Source: an uncultured delta proteobacterium
Lineage (GTDB): Bacteria > Myxococcota_A > Polyangia > Palsa-1104
Assembly (NCBI GenBank): GCA_963785725.1
Contig: CAWAWS010000039.1
Location: 160,001-224,000, forward strand
Length of the DNA: 64,000 nt
Direction: 5' to 3'
Shown here: positions 1 through 10,120 of the stretch, piece by piece
Layout: every line of letters starts with the position of its first letter
How positions within the stretch are numbered: position 1 is the first letter of the stretch
Position numbers and translations under genes: made by a program
The notes under the pieces: generated by a model
Told to the model about the DNA's origin: nothing
Databases searched by the model: none
Seen by the model: only the letters and a program-made list of their open reading frames with translations

Positions 1-78
1 AGAAGGTGCTGGCCGGCCTGCCCGCCGACTGTCCGCGCACGGCCGCGCTCGACGACGTGCGCGCCTTTTGGACGCAAG

Positions 79-693
79 ATGCGGCGCGCCGTGCCGTTTC
101 TTAGCGTGCGCTTCGACGCGGTCGCGTATGGGATCGTCGTCGCGGCGTTCCTGCTCGGCTCGATTCCGTTCGGCGTGCTGCTGGCCAAAGCGCGCGGCGT
201 CGACCTCAAGAAGGTCGGCTCGGGCAACATCGGCGCCACCAACGCCGCGCGCGCGCTCGGCAAAAAAGTCGGGCTGGTCGTGCTCTTGCTCGACGCGGTC
301 AAGGCGTGGCTGCCGACGGCCTACGCGCTGTGGAACGGGCAGCCGCCGGCGGTGGCCGCGACCGCCGCCTTCGCCGCGTTCGCCGGCCATATTTACTCGC
401 CGTGGCTGCGCTTTCGCGGCGGCAAAGGCGTCGCCTGCGCGTTGGGCGCGTTCTTGGCGCTGTCGCCGATCGCCACGGCGTCGGCGCTGGGCGTGGCCGT
501 GGTCGTCATGGCGGTGACGCGCATCGGCTCGCTCGGCTCGCTGGCGGGCACGACGGCGATCGTGCCGGTGCTGCTCTGGCGTCACGAGCCGCGCGTGTAC
601 GTCGTGTTGGCGGCGGCGATGGTGGTGCTCATCGTCTGGCGCCATCGCGAGAACCTGCGGCGCATCGTCCACGGCAAAGAGAACAAGATCTGA
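79..693 (+). CDS. plsY: Glycerol-3-phosphate acyltransferase PlsY
   Basis: Motifs FLLGSIPFG, GSGNIGATN, GHIYSPW..FRGGKGVA and RHRENLRR; multi-TM protein. Confidence 0.95.
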   Translation: MRRAVPFLSVRFDAVAYGIVVAAFLLGSIPFGVLLAKARGVDLKKVGSGNIGATNAARALGKKVGLVVLLLDAVKAWLPTAYALWNGQPPAVAATAAFAAFAGHIYSPWLRFRGGKGVACALGAFLALSPIATASALGVAVVVMAVTRIGSLGSLAGTTAIVPVLLWRHEPRVYVVLAAAMVVLIVWRHRENLRRIVHGKENKI

Positions 694-701
694 CGTAAGC
701 G

Positions 702-2393
702 CTACTGCAGTGGCTCTTTGGCGAGCGCCGCGGCGGCTTCGGCGGCAAAGCGCTTGCACTCGGTCTTGCCTTCGCCGGCGATCTTGAAGCTGTCGGCGTG
801 CACCGTGCGGTCGTCGACGACGCCGCTGACGAACAGGTTCGCCGTGCCGCCCGCGACGTTGCCGTAGACGACCCAGCGCGCCCCGACGGCGAGGCCAATT
901 CGCCGCGCCATCATCCGGTCGAGCGCGCCGTTCGTCTGCGCCTCGAGCGTATCCAAGCTCGCCGGTGGGACGATCGGCACGCGAAAGCGCTGCAGCTCGT
1001 CGGGCAGGCACCACTCGAGCTGACGCGCTTGCTGCTGATCGTCCGGCGCGGCCGATGCCGACAGCGCCAGCACGGCCAGGCCGCTCGCCGTGGGGTGAGC
1101 AACCATCGGCGGCTTCTTCGTCACGCGCCACCACACGACGGCGACGCCGAAGAGGCCGACCGCGATGCCGGCGAGCAGCGTGTAAATCCACGACGCGCGC
1201 GGTGCCGCAGCCGAGCCGGCGCCGCTCGTCCCATTGCCGCTCGCCAAAGGTGCCATCGCCTTTGGTAAGGGCAAGTTGCGTGCCCCGCTCAGCGCCGGCC
1301 GCTTCCACGGCGCCGACGCCCGCGCCGCGATGCGCGCCGCCGACGGAATCGACAGCTTGACGCGCGCGTCCGGCCGCTGCAGCGGGCGCGCCGCCGGATC
1401 GCCGTACAAGACGTAGGAAGCCCAGGCCAACGCCGCTTCGCCGGCCTCTTTGACGACGGCGCCGCGGGCGTGCCGGACCGCGGCGCCGATCGCTTTGCCG
1501 TCGGCCAATTCGCGATAGAGCGCCGCCGCGAAGAGCGCCGACTGACCGTCGACGACTTCCCACTGCGTTCCGATGTAGTGGCGCACGCCGGCCGTCAAAA
1601 GAGCGTTGGCGAGGCCGAAGACGCGATCGTCGTCGCCGTTCCAGGCGGCGGTGTGGCCCGATTGGCAGGCGTTGCCGAAGACGATCATCGGCATCGGGCG
1701 ACCGCCGCCCAGCTTGGCGAGCTCGTCGGCGGTCAGCTTGCCGTCGGCCAAGAGCCAGCCGCTGGCGCTCGGATCGGCGGCGACCCAGTCGGCGTGGCCG
1801 GCGAAGTGCACGACGTCGTAGTCCTTGAAGTAGCGCAGCGCGAAGGCGCGGTCGGGCGCGTTCGACAGCCGCGCGTGCACCGTCGGATGACGCTCGAGCT
1901 CGGCGAGGATCGCGTCACCTTCGGCGCGCACGTCGGGCAGGTCGCCGCGCGGATCGGCGGCCATGACGAGGACGCGCACCGGCGTGCCGACGGAGCGCCG
2001 CTCGTCGCCGCGGCGCGGCTGGCGCGTCGCCACGTGGCGGCCGATGGACAGCCGGCGACAGAGGAACTGCGCGCCATCGAACAGCAGCTCCCACGGCACC
2101 GCCACCAGCGCCTCGTCGAGCTCCAGCGTCAACGTATCGCCGCGCAGGAGCTCCCGCTGAATCTCCGGCGGAATCAGCGTGCGCCACAAGGTCTCGCCGT
2201 GATGGCGCAGATCGGCGAGGTTCTGCGCGGTCAGCGTGCGCGCGCGATTGCCGCGGGCCAGGCCGTCGACGATGGCGCGCGAGGTCGCCGCCGTCGCCGC
2301 GGCGTCGTAGGGCAGCTCGATCTTGCGCGACAGCGTGTCGCCGGCGAAGGTCACGCTCAGCGTCGCGCCGCTCGTCGTCAGCGTCAGCCTCAC
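702..2393 (-). CDS. CHAT-domain (caspase-like) protein with TM helix and C-terminal extracytoplasmic domain
   Basis: CHAT motifs VPWELL, VHFAGHA (His), FGNACQS (Cys) and WASYVLYGDP; GTG start overlaps the folK stop (GTGA); TM helix WIYTLLAGIAVGLFGVAVVWW. Confidence 0.85.
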   Translation of the reverse strand: MRLTLTTSGATLSVTFAGDTLSRKIELPYDAAATAATSRAIVDGLARGNRARTLTAQNLADLRHHGETLWRTLIPPEIQRELLRGDTLTLELDEALVAVPWELLFDGAQFLCRRLSIGRHVATRQPRRGDERRSVGTPVRVLVMAADPRGDLPDVRAEGDAILAELERHPTVHARLSNAPDRAFALRYFKDYDVVHFAGHADWVAADPSASGWLLADGKLTADELAKLGGGRPMPMIVFGNACQSGHTAAWNGDDDRVFGLANALLTAGVRHYIGTQWEVVDGQSALFAAALYRELADGKAIGAAVRHARGAVVKEAGEAALAWASYVLYGDPAARPLQRPDARVKLSIPSAARIAARASAPWKRPALSGARNLPLPKAMAPLASGNGTSGAGSAAAPRASWIYTLLAGIAVGLFGVAVVWWRVTKKPPMVAHPTASGLAVLALSASAAPDDQQQARQLEWCLPDELQRFRVPIVPPASLDTLEAQTNGALDRMMARRIGLAVGARWVVYGNVAGGTANLFVSGVVDDRTVHADSFKIAGEGKTECKRFAAEAAAALAKEPLQ

Positions 2394-2896
2394 GCGAGCG
2401 CGTCGGCGGTCGGCGTCCACGCTTGGCCGGCCGCGCGCGCGGCGGCGACGAGCGCCACCAGCGGCCGCTGCAGCTCGGGATGCACGAGCGTCGCGTCGAG
2501 GTCGACGAGCGGCTGAAGGGCGAAGCCGCGCTCGTGCAAGCGCGGATGCGGCAGCCGCAACGTCGGCGCGTCGACGATCACCTCGCCCGCGGCGCCGGCG
2601 AGCAGCAGATCGACGTCGAGCGTGCGCGGACCCCAATGCTGCTCGCGGCTGCGATCGCGCCCGCCCGCCGCTTCGATGCGCTGCGTTTCGCGGAGTAAAT
2701 CGAGCGGCGTCAGCGCGCTGTCGAGCGTCACGGCGGCGTTCAAGAAGCTCGGCTGATCGCGCACACCGAGCGGCGCCGACTCGTAGACGCGCGAGCGCGC
2801 CTGCACGTGCCCGACGGCTTCGAGCGCGCGCACCGCCCGTCGCAGCGTGTCCAGGCGATCGCCGACATTGGCGCCCAGCCCGAGGAAATAGCGCAC
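2390..2896 (-). CDS. folK: 2-amino-4-hydroxy-6-hydroxymethyldihydropteridine diphosphokinase
   Basis: LGLGANVGD, FLNAAV, WGPRTLDVDLL and LPHPRLHERGF motifs. Confidence 0.96.
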   Translation of the reverse strand: MRYFLGLGANVGDRLDTLRRAVRALEAVGHVQARSRVYESAPLGVRDQPSFLNAAVTLDSALTPLDLLRETQRIEAAGGRDRSREQHWGPRTLDVDLLLAGAAGEVIVDAPTLRLPHPRLHERGFALQPLVDLDATLVHPELQRPLVALVAAARAAGQAWTPTADALA

Positions 2897-2935
2897 GCTT
2901 TGACGTTAGCACGCGGATGTCGCAGGATGCGCCCA

Positions 2936-3751
2936 ATGTTGCGACTGCTCGCGGTCACCACCCTCGTCGGCATGACGACGACGCTCGGGGTGCTGCCGAT
3001 CTTGGTGACCCGCGAGGTCTCGCGCCGCGCCTACGACATCATGCTCGGCCTCGGCGCCGGCTTGATGCTGACGGCAGCGACGCTGGGCCTGCTGCCGGAA
3101 TCCTTGGCGTCGGTGCGCGTCGACGGCGTGCTGCGCTGGACGCATCTGGCGATTACGCTCGGCGGCTTCGGCTTCGGCGTGGCGCTGTTGTCGCTGCTCG
3201 ATCGGCTGATTCCGCATTCGCACGCCGGCGGTCATCGCGAGCACGTGCACGGCCACGACGACGCGCACGCGCACTGCGCGCACACGACGGCGCACGATCG
3301 CGCGCGGCATCAAGGCATGCTCATCGTCGGCGCCATGACGCTGCATCGGCTGCCCGAAGGTTTCGCCATCGGCGCCGGCTTCGCCGACACGGCGACGGTG
3401 CCGCTCGGCGTCATGCTCGCCGTCGCCGTCGGCCTGCAGAACGCCATCGAAGGCGCGGTCATGGCGGCGCCGCTCAAGCGCGGCGGGCTCGGTCGTGGCC
3501 GCTTGGTGGCGCTCGTGGCCGCCAGCGGGCTCAGCGTGCCGGTCGCGGCTGTCGTCGGCAGCTACCTGGCGCGCCTGATCACGGGCGCGCTGCCGTTCAT
3601 GCTCGCCGTCGGTGCCGGCGCGTTGTTGTACCTGACGTGCAACGAGATCATCCCCGAGTCGCACAGCCACGGCAACGAGAAGGGCGCGACGTTCGGCCTG
3701 CTCGCCGGCGTCGTCGTGATCATTTTGGTGCGGGTGCTCGTCGGCGGATGA
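2936..3751 (+). CDS. ZIP family metal (zinc) transporter with His-rich loop
   Basis: LHRLPEGFAIG and LQNAIEG metal-site helices; loop HSHAGGHREHVHGHDDAHAH; EIIPESH; start at 2927 or 2936. Confidence 0.9.
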   Translation: MLRLLAVTTLVGMTTTLGVLPILVTREVSRRAYDIMLGLGAGLMLTAATLGLLPESLASVRVDGVLRWTHLAITLGGFGFGVALLSLLDRLIPHSHAGGHREHVHGHDDAHAHCAHTTAHDRARHQGMLIVGAMTLHRLPEGFAIGAGFADTATVPLGVMLAVAVGLQNAIEGAVMAAPLKRGGLGRGRLVALVAASGLSVPVAAVVGSYLARLITGALPFMLAVGAGALLYLTCNEIIPESHSHGNEKGATFGLLAGVVVIILVRVLVGG

Positions 3752-5411
3752 AGCGGCCGGGCGTCGCGCCCGTCGGCTCGCCGTCGTGCAAGACGGCGAC
3801 GCCGTTGACCCACACGTCGCGCACACCCTCGGAATAGGCGTGCGGCTTCACGTAGGTCGCGCGATCGACGACTTTGGCCGGGTCGAAGACGACCACGTCG
3901 GCGAAGTAGCCGGCGGCCAGCTGTCCGCGCCGCTCGAGGTGTAAGCGCTCGGCCGCCAAGCCGCTCAGTCGATGGATGACGCTGGCGAGCGGCGCGGCGT
4001 GCGCGTCGCGGACGTAGTGGCCGAGCAGCTTGGCGACGTTGCCGTAGGCGCGCGGATGCACCGAGCCGTGCGCGCTGGCGACGGCGCGCGTGTCCGAGTC
4101 GCTGCCGAAGGTCATCCACGGCAAGCCGACTTCGCGCTGCACGTTGGCCTCGTTCATGAGGAAATAGATGACCTGCGCGCGCGAGCCGTCCTCGACGACC
4201 AGATCCATCGCCGTCTCCGCCGCCGATTTGCCGCGCGCTTTGGCCACTTCGGCGAGCGTCTTGCCGATGAGCGGCTGCAGCGACTTGGCGTGAAACCCCG
4301 TCAGCAGCATGCCGTCGGGGCCGGCGCCGGCGAAGAAGTTGTCCCACTCCGTCGTCGTCGACTCCATCTCGGCGGCACAACGCGCGCGCGCCGCCGGATC
4401 GCGCAGGCGCTTGAGCCACGCGGCAGTGCCGCCGTCGCGAATCCACGGCGGCATCGCGGCATCGAGCCCCGTCGACGCCGCTTCGTAGACGTACATATCG
4501 GCGCCGACGTCGACGCCCGCTTGCCGCGCCGCCTCGACGTGGGCGATGGCGTCGTCGAGCTTGCCCCAGTTGGCTTTGCCGGCCTGCTTGAAGTGGTAGA
4601 TCTCGACGGGAACGTGGGCGCTCTTGGCGATGGTGACCATCTCGTCGATGGCCTCGATGAGCTTGTCGCCTTCGTTGCGGATGTGCGCGGCGTAGATGCC
4701 GTCGTGGGCGGAGGCTTCGGCGGCGAGCGCGACCAGCTCGTCGGTCGTAAAGGCCGTGTCGGGCGTGTAGATCAGCGCCGACGTCAGGCCGAGCGCGCCT
4801 TCGTCCATCGCCTTGGCCACGACCGCGCGCATGCGCTGCACTTCGACCGCCGTCGGATGCGCGCCCGGCTTTAGGCTCATCGACTGCGCGCGCGCCTGTG
4901 ATGACGCCACGAGCCCGGCGATGTTGAGGCTGATGCCTTGATCGGCCAGCGCCTGCATCTTCTGCCCGAACGGATGCGGCGAGGTCTCGCCCAGCACTTC
5001 CAGCGTCACGCCTTGGCGCAGATCGCTCTGCCCGGTGCCGTCGAAGGCCAAGGATTCGTAGGCGTGTGACAACATGTTGATGAAGCCGGGCGCGACGGCG
5101 AGGCCGTGCACGTCGACGATCGTCTTGCCGAGCGCGAACGGCCCGACGCTGGCGATGGTGTCGCCGTCGATGGCGACGTCGCCGACGAACGGCGGCTTGC
5201 CCGTGCCGTCGTAGACGTTGCCGCCGCGCAAGACCAGCTCGTGCACGACTTTGTCGTTGGCGGCGGCCGCCGTCGTCGCGGCGGCCGCCGAAGCTGAGTC
5301 GCGCAGCGGCGTCACGAGCGCGCGCGAGCTGGCCGCCGGTGCGGGCGGCGACGTGCAGCCCGCCGCAGCGATGGCGACGAGGGCGAAACCGGTCGCGAAT
5401 TTTGCGATCAT
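3720..5411 (-). CDS. N-acyl-D-amino-acid deacylase family amidohydrolase, probable lipoprotein
   Basis: VAPGFINMLSH, AHIRNEG, FGSD, HPRAYG and GYFADVVVFDP motifs; lipobox AAAGC after ATG 5411. Confidence 0.9.
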   Translation of the reverse strand: MIAKFATGFALVAIAAAGCTSPPAPAASSRALVTPLRDSASAAAATTAAAANDKVVHELVLRGGNVYDGTGKPPFVGDVAIDGDTIASVGPFALGKTIVDVHGLAVAPGFINMLSHAYESLAFDGTGQSDLRQGVTLEVLGETSPHPFGQKMQALADQGISLNIAGLVASSQARAQSMSLKPGAHPTAVEVQRMRAVVAKAMDEGALGLTSALIYTPDTAFTTDELVALAAEASAHDGIYAAHIRNEGDKLIEAIDEMVTIAKSAHVPVEIYHFKQAGKANWGKLDDAIAHVEAARQAGVDVGADMYVYEAASTGLDAAMPPWIRDGGTAAWLKRLRDPAARARCAAEMESTTTEWDNFFAGAGPDGMLLTGFHAKSLQPLIGKTLAEVAKARGKSAAETAMDLVVEDGSRAQVIYFLMNEANVQREVGLPWMTFGSDSDTRAVASAHGSVHPRAYGNVAKLLGHYVRDAHAAPLASVIHRLSGLAAERLHLERRGQLAAGYFADVVVFDPAKVVDRATYVKPHAYSEGVRDVWVNGVAVLHDGEPTGATPGRFIRRRAPAPK

Positions 5412-5476
5412 GACGGCCGGTTCCTCGCTTGTGCGGGCCGTCGATGATAATCGACGCCGCGCGCTCGTCGATTGCG

Positions 5477-6640
5477 TCAGACTCCGGCGCGCTGGACTCG
5501 CGCCGCCGCTTCCGCCAGCCGCGCCTCGTCGGCGCACAACGTCAGCCGCACGTAGCCTTCGCCGTGCGCGCCGAAGCCCGTCGCCGGCGTCGACACCACG
5601 CCGGCGTCGAGCAGCTTGGACACGAAGTCCGCCGACGACACGCCCTTCGGGTTGGCGACGAGCACGTAGAACGTCGCCTTCGGCGCCAGCACCTCGAAGC
5701 CGGCGCGCGACAAGCCGCCGCACAACACTTCGCGCCGCTTCTTGTAGATGGCGCGCATCTCGGCCACGCAATCCTGCGGCGACGACAGCGCGGCGACGGC
5801 CGCCGCCTGCACGGCCTCGAACGCGCCCGAGTCGGTGTTGGTCTTGACCTTGCCGAGCCCTTGCACGAGCTCGCTGTTGCCGACGGCGAAGCCGACGCGC
5901 CAGCCGGTCATGTTGTACGTCTTCGACAGCGACTGGAACTCGATGCCGACCTCTTTGGCGCCCGGCAGCTCGAGGAACGAGATCGGCGGCTCACCCTCGA
6001 AGAAGATCTCGGAATAGGCGACGTCGCTGGCGACGATGATGTCGTGCTTGTGCGCGAACTCGACGACGCGCTGGTAGAAGTCGCGCGTGGCCAGCGCCGC
6101 CGTCGGGTTGTTCGGATAGTTGATCCACATCATCTTGGCGCGCTTGGCCACGTCGACGGGGATCGCCTCCAAGTCGGGCAAGAAGCCGTTGCCGCGCAGA
6201 AGCGGCATGTAGTGCACGACGCCGCCGACGAAGCGCGTCCACGTCGCGTACACGGGATAGCCGGGATCGGGCACGAGCACGGTGTCGCCGGGATCGACGA
6301 ACGCGACCGGGAAGTGCGCGATGCCCTCTTTGGAGCCGATGAGCGCGCAGCATTCCTTGGCCGCGTCGAGGCTGACGCCGAAGCGCTTGCCGTACCAGCC
6401 GACGGCGGCCTCGCGGAACTCCTTCATGCCCTCGTACGACGGATAGCGATGGTAGCGCGGCTCGGCGGCGGCCTTCTGCAGCGCGGCCACGATGTGCGCC
6501 GGCGTCGGCAAGTCGGGATCGCCGATGCCGAGGTCGATGAGATCCTTGCCTTGCGCGCGCAGCGCCGCCTTCTTCTTGTCGATGTCGGCGAACAGATAGG
6601 GCGGCAATTCCTTGATTCGTTGCGCGAGGCTAAAGCTCAT
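5477..6640 (-). CDS. dapL: LL-diaminopimelate aminotransferase
   Basis: LPPYLFA, LGIGDPD, NYPNNPT and SLSKTYNMTGWRVG motifs; RBS GGAGG upstream. Confidence 0.9.
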   Translation of the reverse strand: MSFSLAQRIKELPPYLFADIDKKKAALRAQGKDLIDLGIGDPDLPTPAHIVAALQKAAAEPRYHRYPSYEGMKEFREAAVGWYGKRFGVSLDAAKECCALIGSKEGIAHFPVAFVDPGDTVLVPDPGYPVYATWTRFVGGVVHYMPLLRGNGFLPDLEAIPVDVAKRAKMMWINYPNNPTAALATRDFYQRVVEFAHKHDIIVASDVAYSEIFFEGEPPISFLELPGAKEVGIEFQSLSKTYNMTGWRVGFAVGNSELVQGLGKVKTNTDSGAFEAVQAAAVAALSSPQDCVAEMRAIYKKRREVLCGGLSRAGFEVLAPKATFYVLVANPKGVSSADFVSKLLDAGVVSTPATGFGAHGEGYVRLTLCADEARLAEAAARVQRAGV

Positions 6641-7289
6641 TCCGCTTCCTCCACGACGGGATTGGACAAGGTACCGATGCCTTGCGATTTCGATTTCTAC
6701 GACATTGTCCCGGCTGAGATCGGGCCGACGCCGGCGGGCGTTCCCGTCGTGATGAGGTCGCCGGGCTCGAGGGTCATGACGCGCGAGATGACCTCGATCA
6801 GCGTCGGAATGTCGAAGATCATGTCGCTGACGAGGCCGTCCTGCTTGACGACGCCGTCGACGCGGGTGACGACGCGCAGCTTGGCCGGATCGAGGTCGGT
6901 GACGAGGGCCGGACCGACGGGACAGAAGCTGTCGAAGCCTTTGGCGCGCGTAAATTGGCCGTCCTTCTTCTGCAGATCGCGGACGGTGACGTCGTTGACG
7001 ATGGTGTAGCCGAAGACGTAATCCATCGCGCGTGCGCCTTGCCGACGCGACGGCAGCGCGGCCGATGACGACGCCGAGCTCGCCCTCGAAGTCGACGCGC
7101 CAAGTGCCGCGCGGCCTGCACGATCGGCTCGCCCGAGGCCACGATCGACGACGGCGGCTTGAAGAACAGCAGCGGCTCGTCGGGAATGGCGTTGTCGAGC
7201 TCTTTGGCGTGGTCGCGGTAGTTGCGGCCGACACCGATGATCTTGCCCGGGGCCCGAATGGGCGCGCCGAAAGGATAGGAGAGGCGCAT
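6637..7289 (-). CDS. Fumarylacetoacetate hydrolase family protein, broken by several frameshifts (probably sequencing errors)
   Basis: Pieces in different frames: GKIIGVGRNYRDHAKE..FFKPPSS / VDFEGELGVVIG / GYTIVNDVTVRDLQ..AKGFDSFCPVGP..TGTPAGVG / VVEIEI. Confidence 0.85.
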
Positions 7290-7323
7290 GGCTTGCGCTT
7301 ATAGCACGTGATAAATTCGCCGT

Positions 7324-9256
7324 ATGCCGCAACCTGCGGTGCTCCACATCATCGGGGGCAACGATCGAGGGAAAGCGTACGAGCTGGTTCTGCCGGAGAC
7401 GCGCATCGGACGCGGCGCCGATCAAGATCTCGTGCTCGCCGACATCGCCGTCTCGCGTCGCCACATCACGATTCATGCGGAATTGGGCCGTTATCGGCTG
7501 CAAGATCTCGGCTCCGGCAACGGCACCTTGCTCAACGGCACGCGCATCGACAGCGTCGTCTTGAACGACGGCGATCAGGTCGAGCTTGGCAATACGTTGA
7601 TGCGGTTCGATCATCAGCCGTCGCGGCAGCCGAGCTTGTCGGGGCAGGCGGCGATCGGTCCGCCACCGCCGGCGCCGCCGCCGCCCTATCCGTCGGTGTC
7701 GGCGCCGCCGTCGCACCCGAGTGGGAACGGCAACTACACACCGCAGCCGCCGCCGATGCAGTCGGCCGGCTACGGCGCGGCCAACGGCGACACGCCGTCG
7801 CAAGTGCAGTCCGTCGGCACGGGCGCGGCGCGGCCGATGGTGCCGCTGCTGCACGCCGAGACGATGCCGCTGCCGGCCGCGCTGGCGCCGCTCGGCGTCG
7901 CCAACAATCGGCTCATCGCCTTCGGCATCATGGGCTTCTTGTCGCTGACGTCGATCATCGTCATCATCACGAAGTCGGCATTTTCGAAGCCGATCATCGT
8001 CGCCAGCGACACCGAGGAGCTCTATCGCCAGGGCCTGAAGCTCTTCGCGGCCAAGGATTACGAAGGCGCCAAGCTCGCCTTCACCGACGCGCTCACGTCC
8101 GCGCCCGAGTCGAGCGAGGTCAAGCACTACATCGTCGCCTGCGACACCGAAGTGCACGCGCGCGGCGCCATGCAAGCGGCCGAGCGCGCGGCGGCGAGCC
8201 ATCGCTACGCCGAGGCGGTCAAGGCGCTCGACGCCGTCGACTCCGACGCGCTCGTGCACGACGACGCGATTCGGCGGCGCAAGGAGCTGGCGCCGAAAGC
8301 GGCGGCCGATGACGTCGAAGAGGCGCGCGGGCTGCAGACCGAAGATCCCGACACGGCGCGGGCGCGGTTGACGCAGGCGCTGGCGCTCGATCCGGGCAAT
8401 CCCGACGCGCGAGCGCTGGCGGGCAAGCTGCACGTCGACTTGCCGCCGCTGCCGGCGAACACGGTGGTGACGACGCCGTTCGAGCAGCCGACGCCGCCGG
8501 TGGTCGCGCCGGCGCCGATCGTGCCGGTGGCCAAAGAGCCGCCGCCGGTGAAGGTGGCGCCGGTCAAAGCCGCGCCACCGTCGAAGAAGGGCAAGGCTGC
8601 GGCGCGCGACGACGACGACTTCGCGCCCGTCAAAGCGGGCAAAGGCAAAGAGGCGGCGGCGGCGAAGGAGGCCGCGCCGTCGGCGCAAGGCATGGCGGCG
8701 TACAAGGCGCGCGATTTCGCGACGGCCGAGCGCTTCTTCCGCATCGAGGCGCGCAATCAGCCGGTCAAGCAGATGGAGAAGACGATCGCGTTCGCCAACC
8801 AGGTGCGCGATTTGAAGGGCGTGGTCGATCGCGCCACGGCCGACGAGGCCAAGAGCCCGACGGCGGCGATCAAGGATTACGAGGACGCGATCGCCATCGA
8901 CGGCAAAGTCGGCAAGGGCATGCACGCGGCCTATTTCCGGCAGCGGATGGGCAAGCTGCAGCTGCCGGTGGCGCAGGCGGCGTTCGCGGCCGGTCGCTAC
9001 GAGGCGGCGTTCGCGGCGGCGCTGTCGGCGCAGCGCGCCGGCGCGGGCGACGGCGGCGTCTTGAAGGCGCTCGACAGCCAAGGCGAAGGAACTGACCGAC
9101 AAGGGCGTGGCCGTGCAAAAGACGCAGCCGGCGCAGGCGAAGACGTATTGGCGGCAGGTGATCAAGATGGTGCCGACGACGTCGCCGACGTATGTGCGCG
9201 CGTACGGGTTGATCAACCAGGCCGGCGGCGCGCACAAGGACGAAGACGAGGACTAG
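7324..9256 (+). CDS. FHA domain, Pro-rich linker, TM and TPR-like protein; frameshift near 9080
   Basis: FHA motifs IGRG, VSRRH, DLGSGNGT; TM helix IAFGIMGFLSLTSIIVII; helical TPR-like repeats; the shifted frame continues KAKELTDKG..YWRQVIKMVP..KDEDED to stop at 9256. Confidence 0.8.
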
Positions 9257-9315
9257 ATCGCGCGCGCGGCTCGTTTGATTGGGTGCGCGATTACTAGCGG
9301 TTTACGGCTCGGCGT

Positions 9316-9471
9316 GAGCGCGCGGGCGGGCTGTGCCCGCGCGCGCTCGCGCTCCGTCGCGCCGGCCATCGGCGGATCGCGCAACAGCAGTCGAGGGTTA
9401 TCGCGGGCTTGGTCTCGCAGCGCCGACGTTCGCCCCCAAGCGCACGTCACGCGACGAGCACAGGTTCGGCG
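9316..9471. repeat. Dispersed structured intergenic repeat, copy 1
   Basis: Ungapped match to copy 2 (offset 20752): gctccg.cg.gccggcca.cgg.ggatcgcgcaac-N19-gggcttggtctcg.agcgccgacgttcgcccccaa-N14-acgagcacag; hairpin at 9316-9348. Confidence 0.9.
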
Positions 9472-9498
9472 TCGGCGCACGCCACCGGAACGCCGACG

Positions 9499-10120
9499 TT
9501 ACGGCGCGCGCAGCTTCTGCCACGCCGGATGCCGCTCGATGAGCGCGAGCGCCTGCCGCGTCAGCGTCTTGCCCGGCTCGACGTGATACCAAGTCGACGC
9601 GCCCGACGGATGCGGCAGCGGGATGACGTCGATGGCACGTCGGCCGTGCTTCCACGCATGCGCCTTGCCGATCGTCTCCGCCAGCGGCGCGTCCGCCATG
9701 AAGCGCGCGATCGCCAGCTTGCCGACGGGCATCGATCAGCTCCGGCCGGCACAGCTCGAGCTCGCGATCGAGCCAGGGCGCGCAGTTGTCGATCTCCTCC
9801 GGCGACGGCACGCGGTCGCCGCCTTTGGGATTCTTGCCCGGGAAACAGCGACAAACAGCCGACATATAAACGCTGGCACGGAACGCTTCCTCGTCGAGCC
9901 CGATGCTGCCGAACCACTTGAACAGGTTGCGTCCGGCCGTCCACGCGAACGGCTTGCCGGCGATTGGCTCCTTGTCGCCCGGCGCTTGCCCGACCATCAG
10001 CACCGGCGACACCACCGGCCGACCCATCACGACCGGCTTGAACATCGACGGACAGCGCGTACACGCCGCCAGCTCCGCCTGATGCGCGACGACGAGCTTG
10101 CGCCGCTCGGCTTGATTCAC
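9499..10120 (-). CDS. Uracil-DNA glycosylase superfamily protein (family 4-like, Fe-S Cys); frameshift near 9733
   Basis: CTRC, VGQAPG..E, VCRCFP, NC and LPHPSG motifs; GTG start overlaps the aguA stop. Confidence 0.88.

Noticed and set aside
5477..7234. FAH-DapL fusion implied by the ORF track
   Set aside because: Artefact of the FAH frameshifts; dapL has its own RBS and ATG at 6640
9333..9542. Small ORFs sharing YRGLGLxAPTFAPK (9333..9542 and 30007..30231) as a peptide family
   Set aside because: The similarity comes from the DNA repeat; copy 3 has an indel and does not keep the peptide, and the starts are not equivalent
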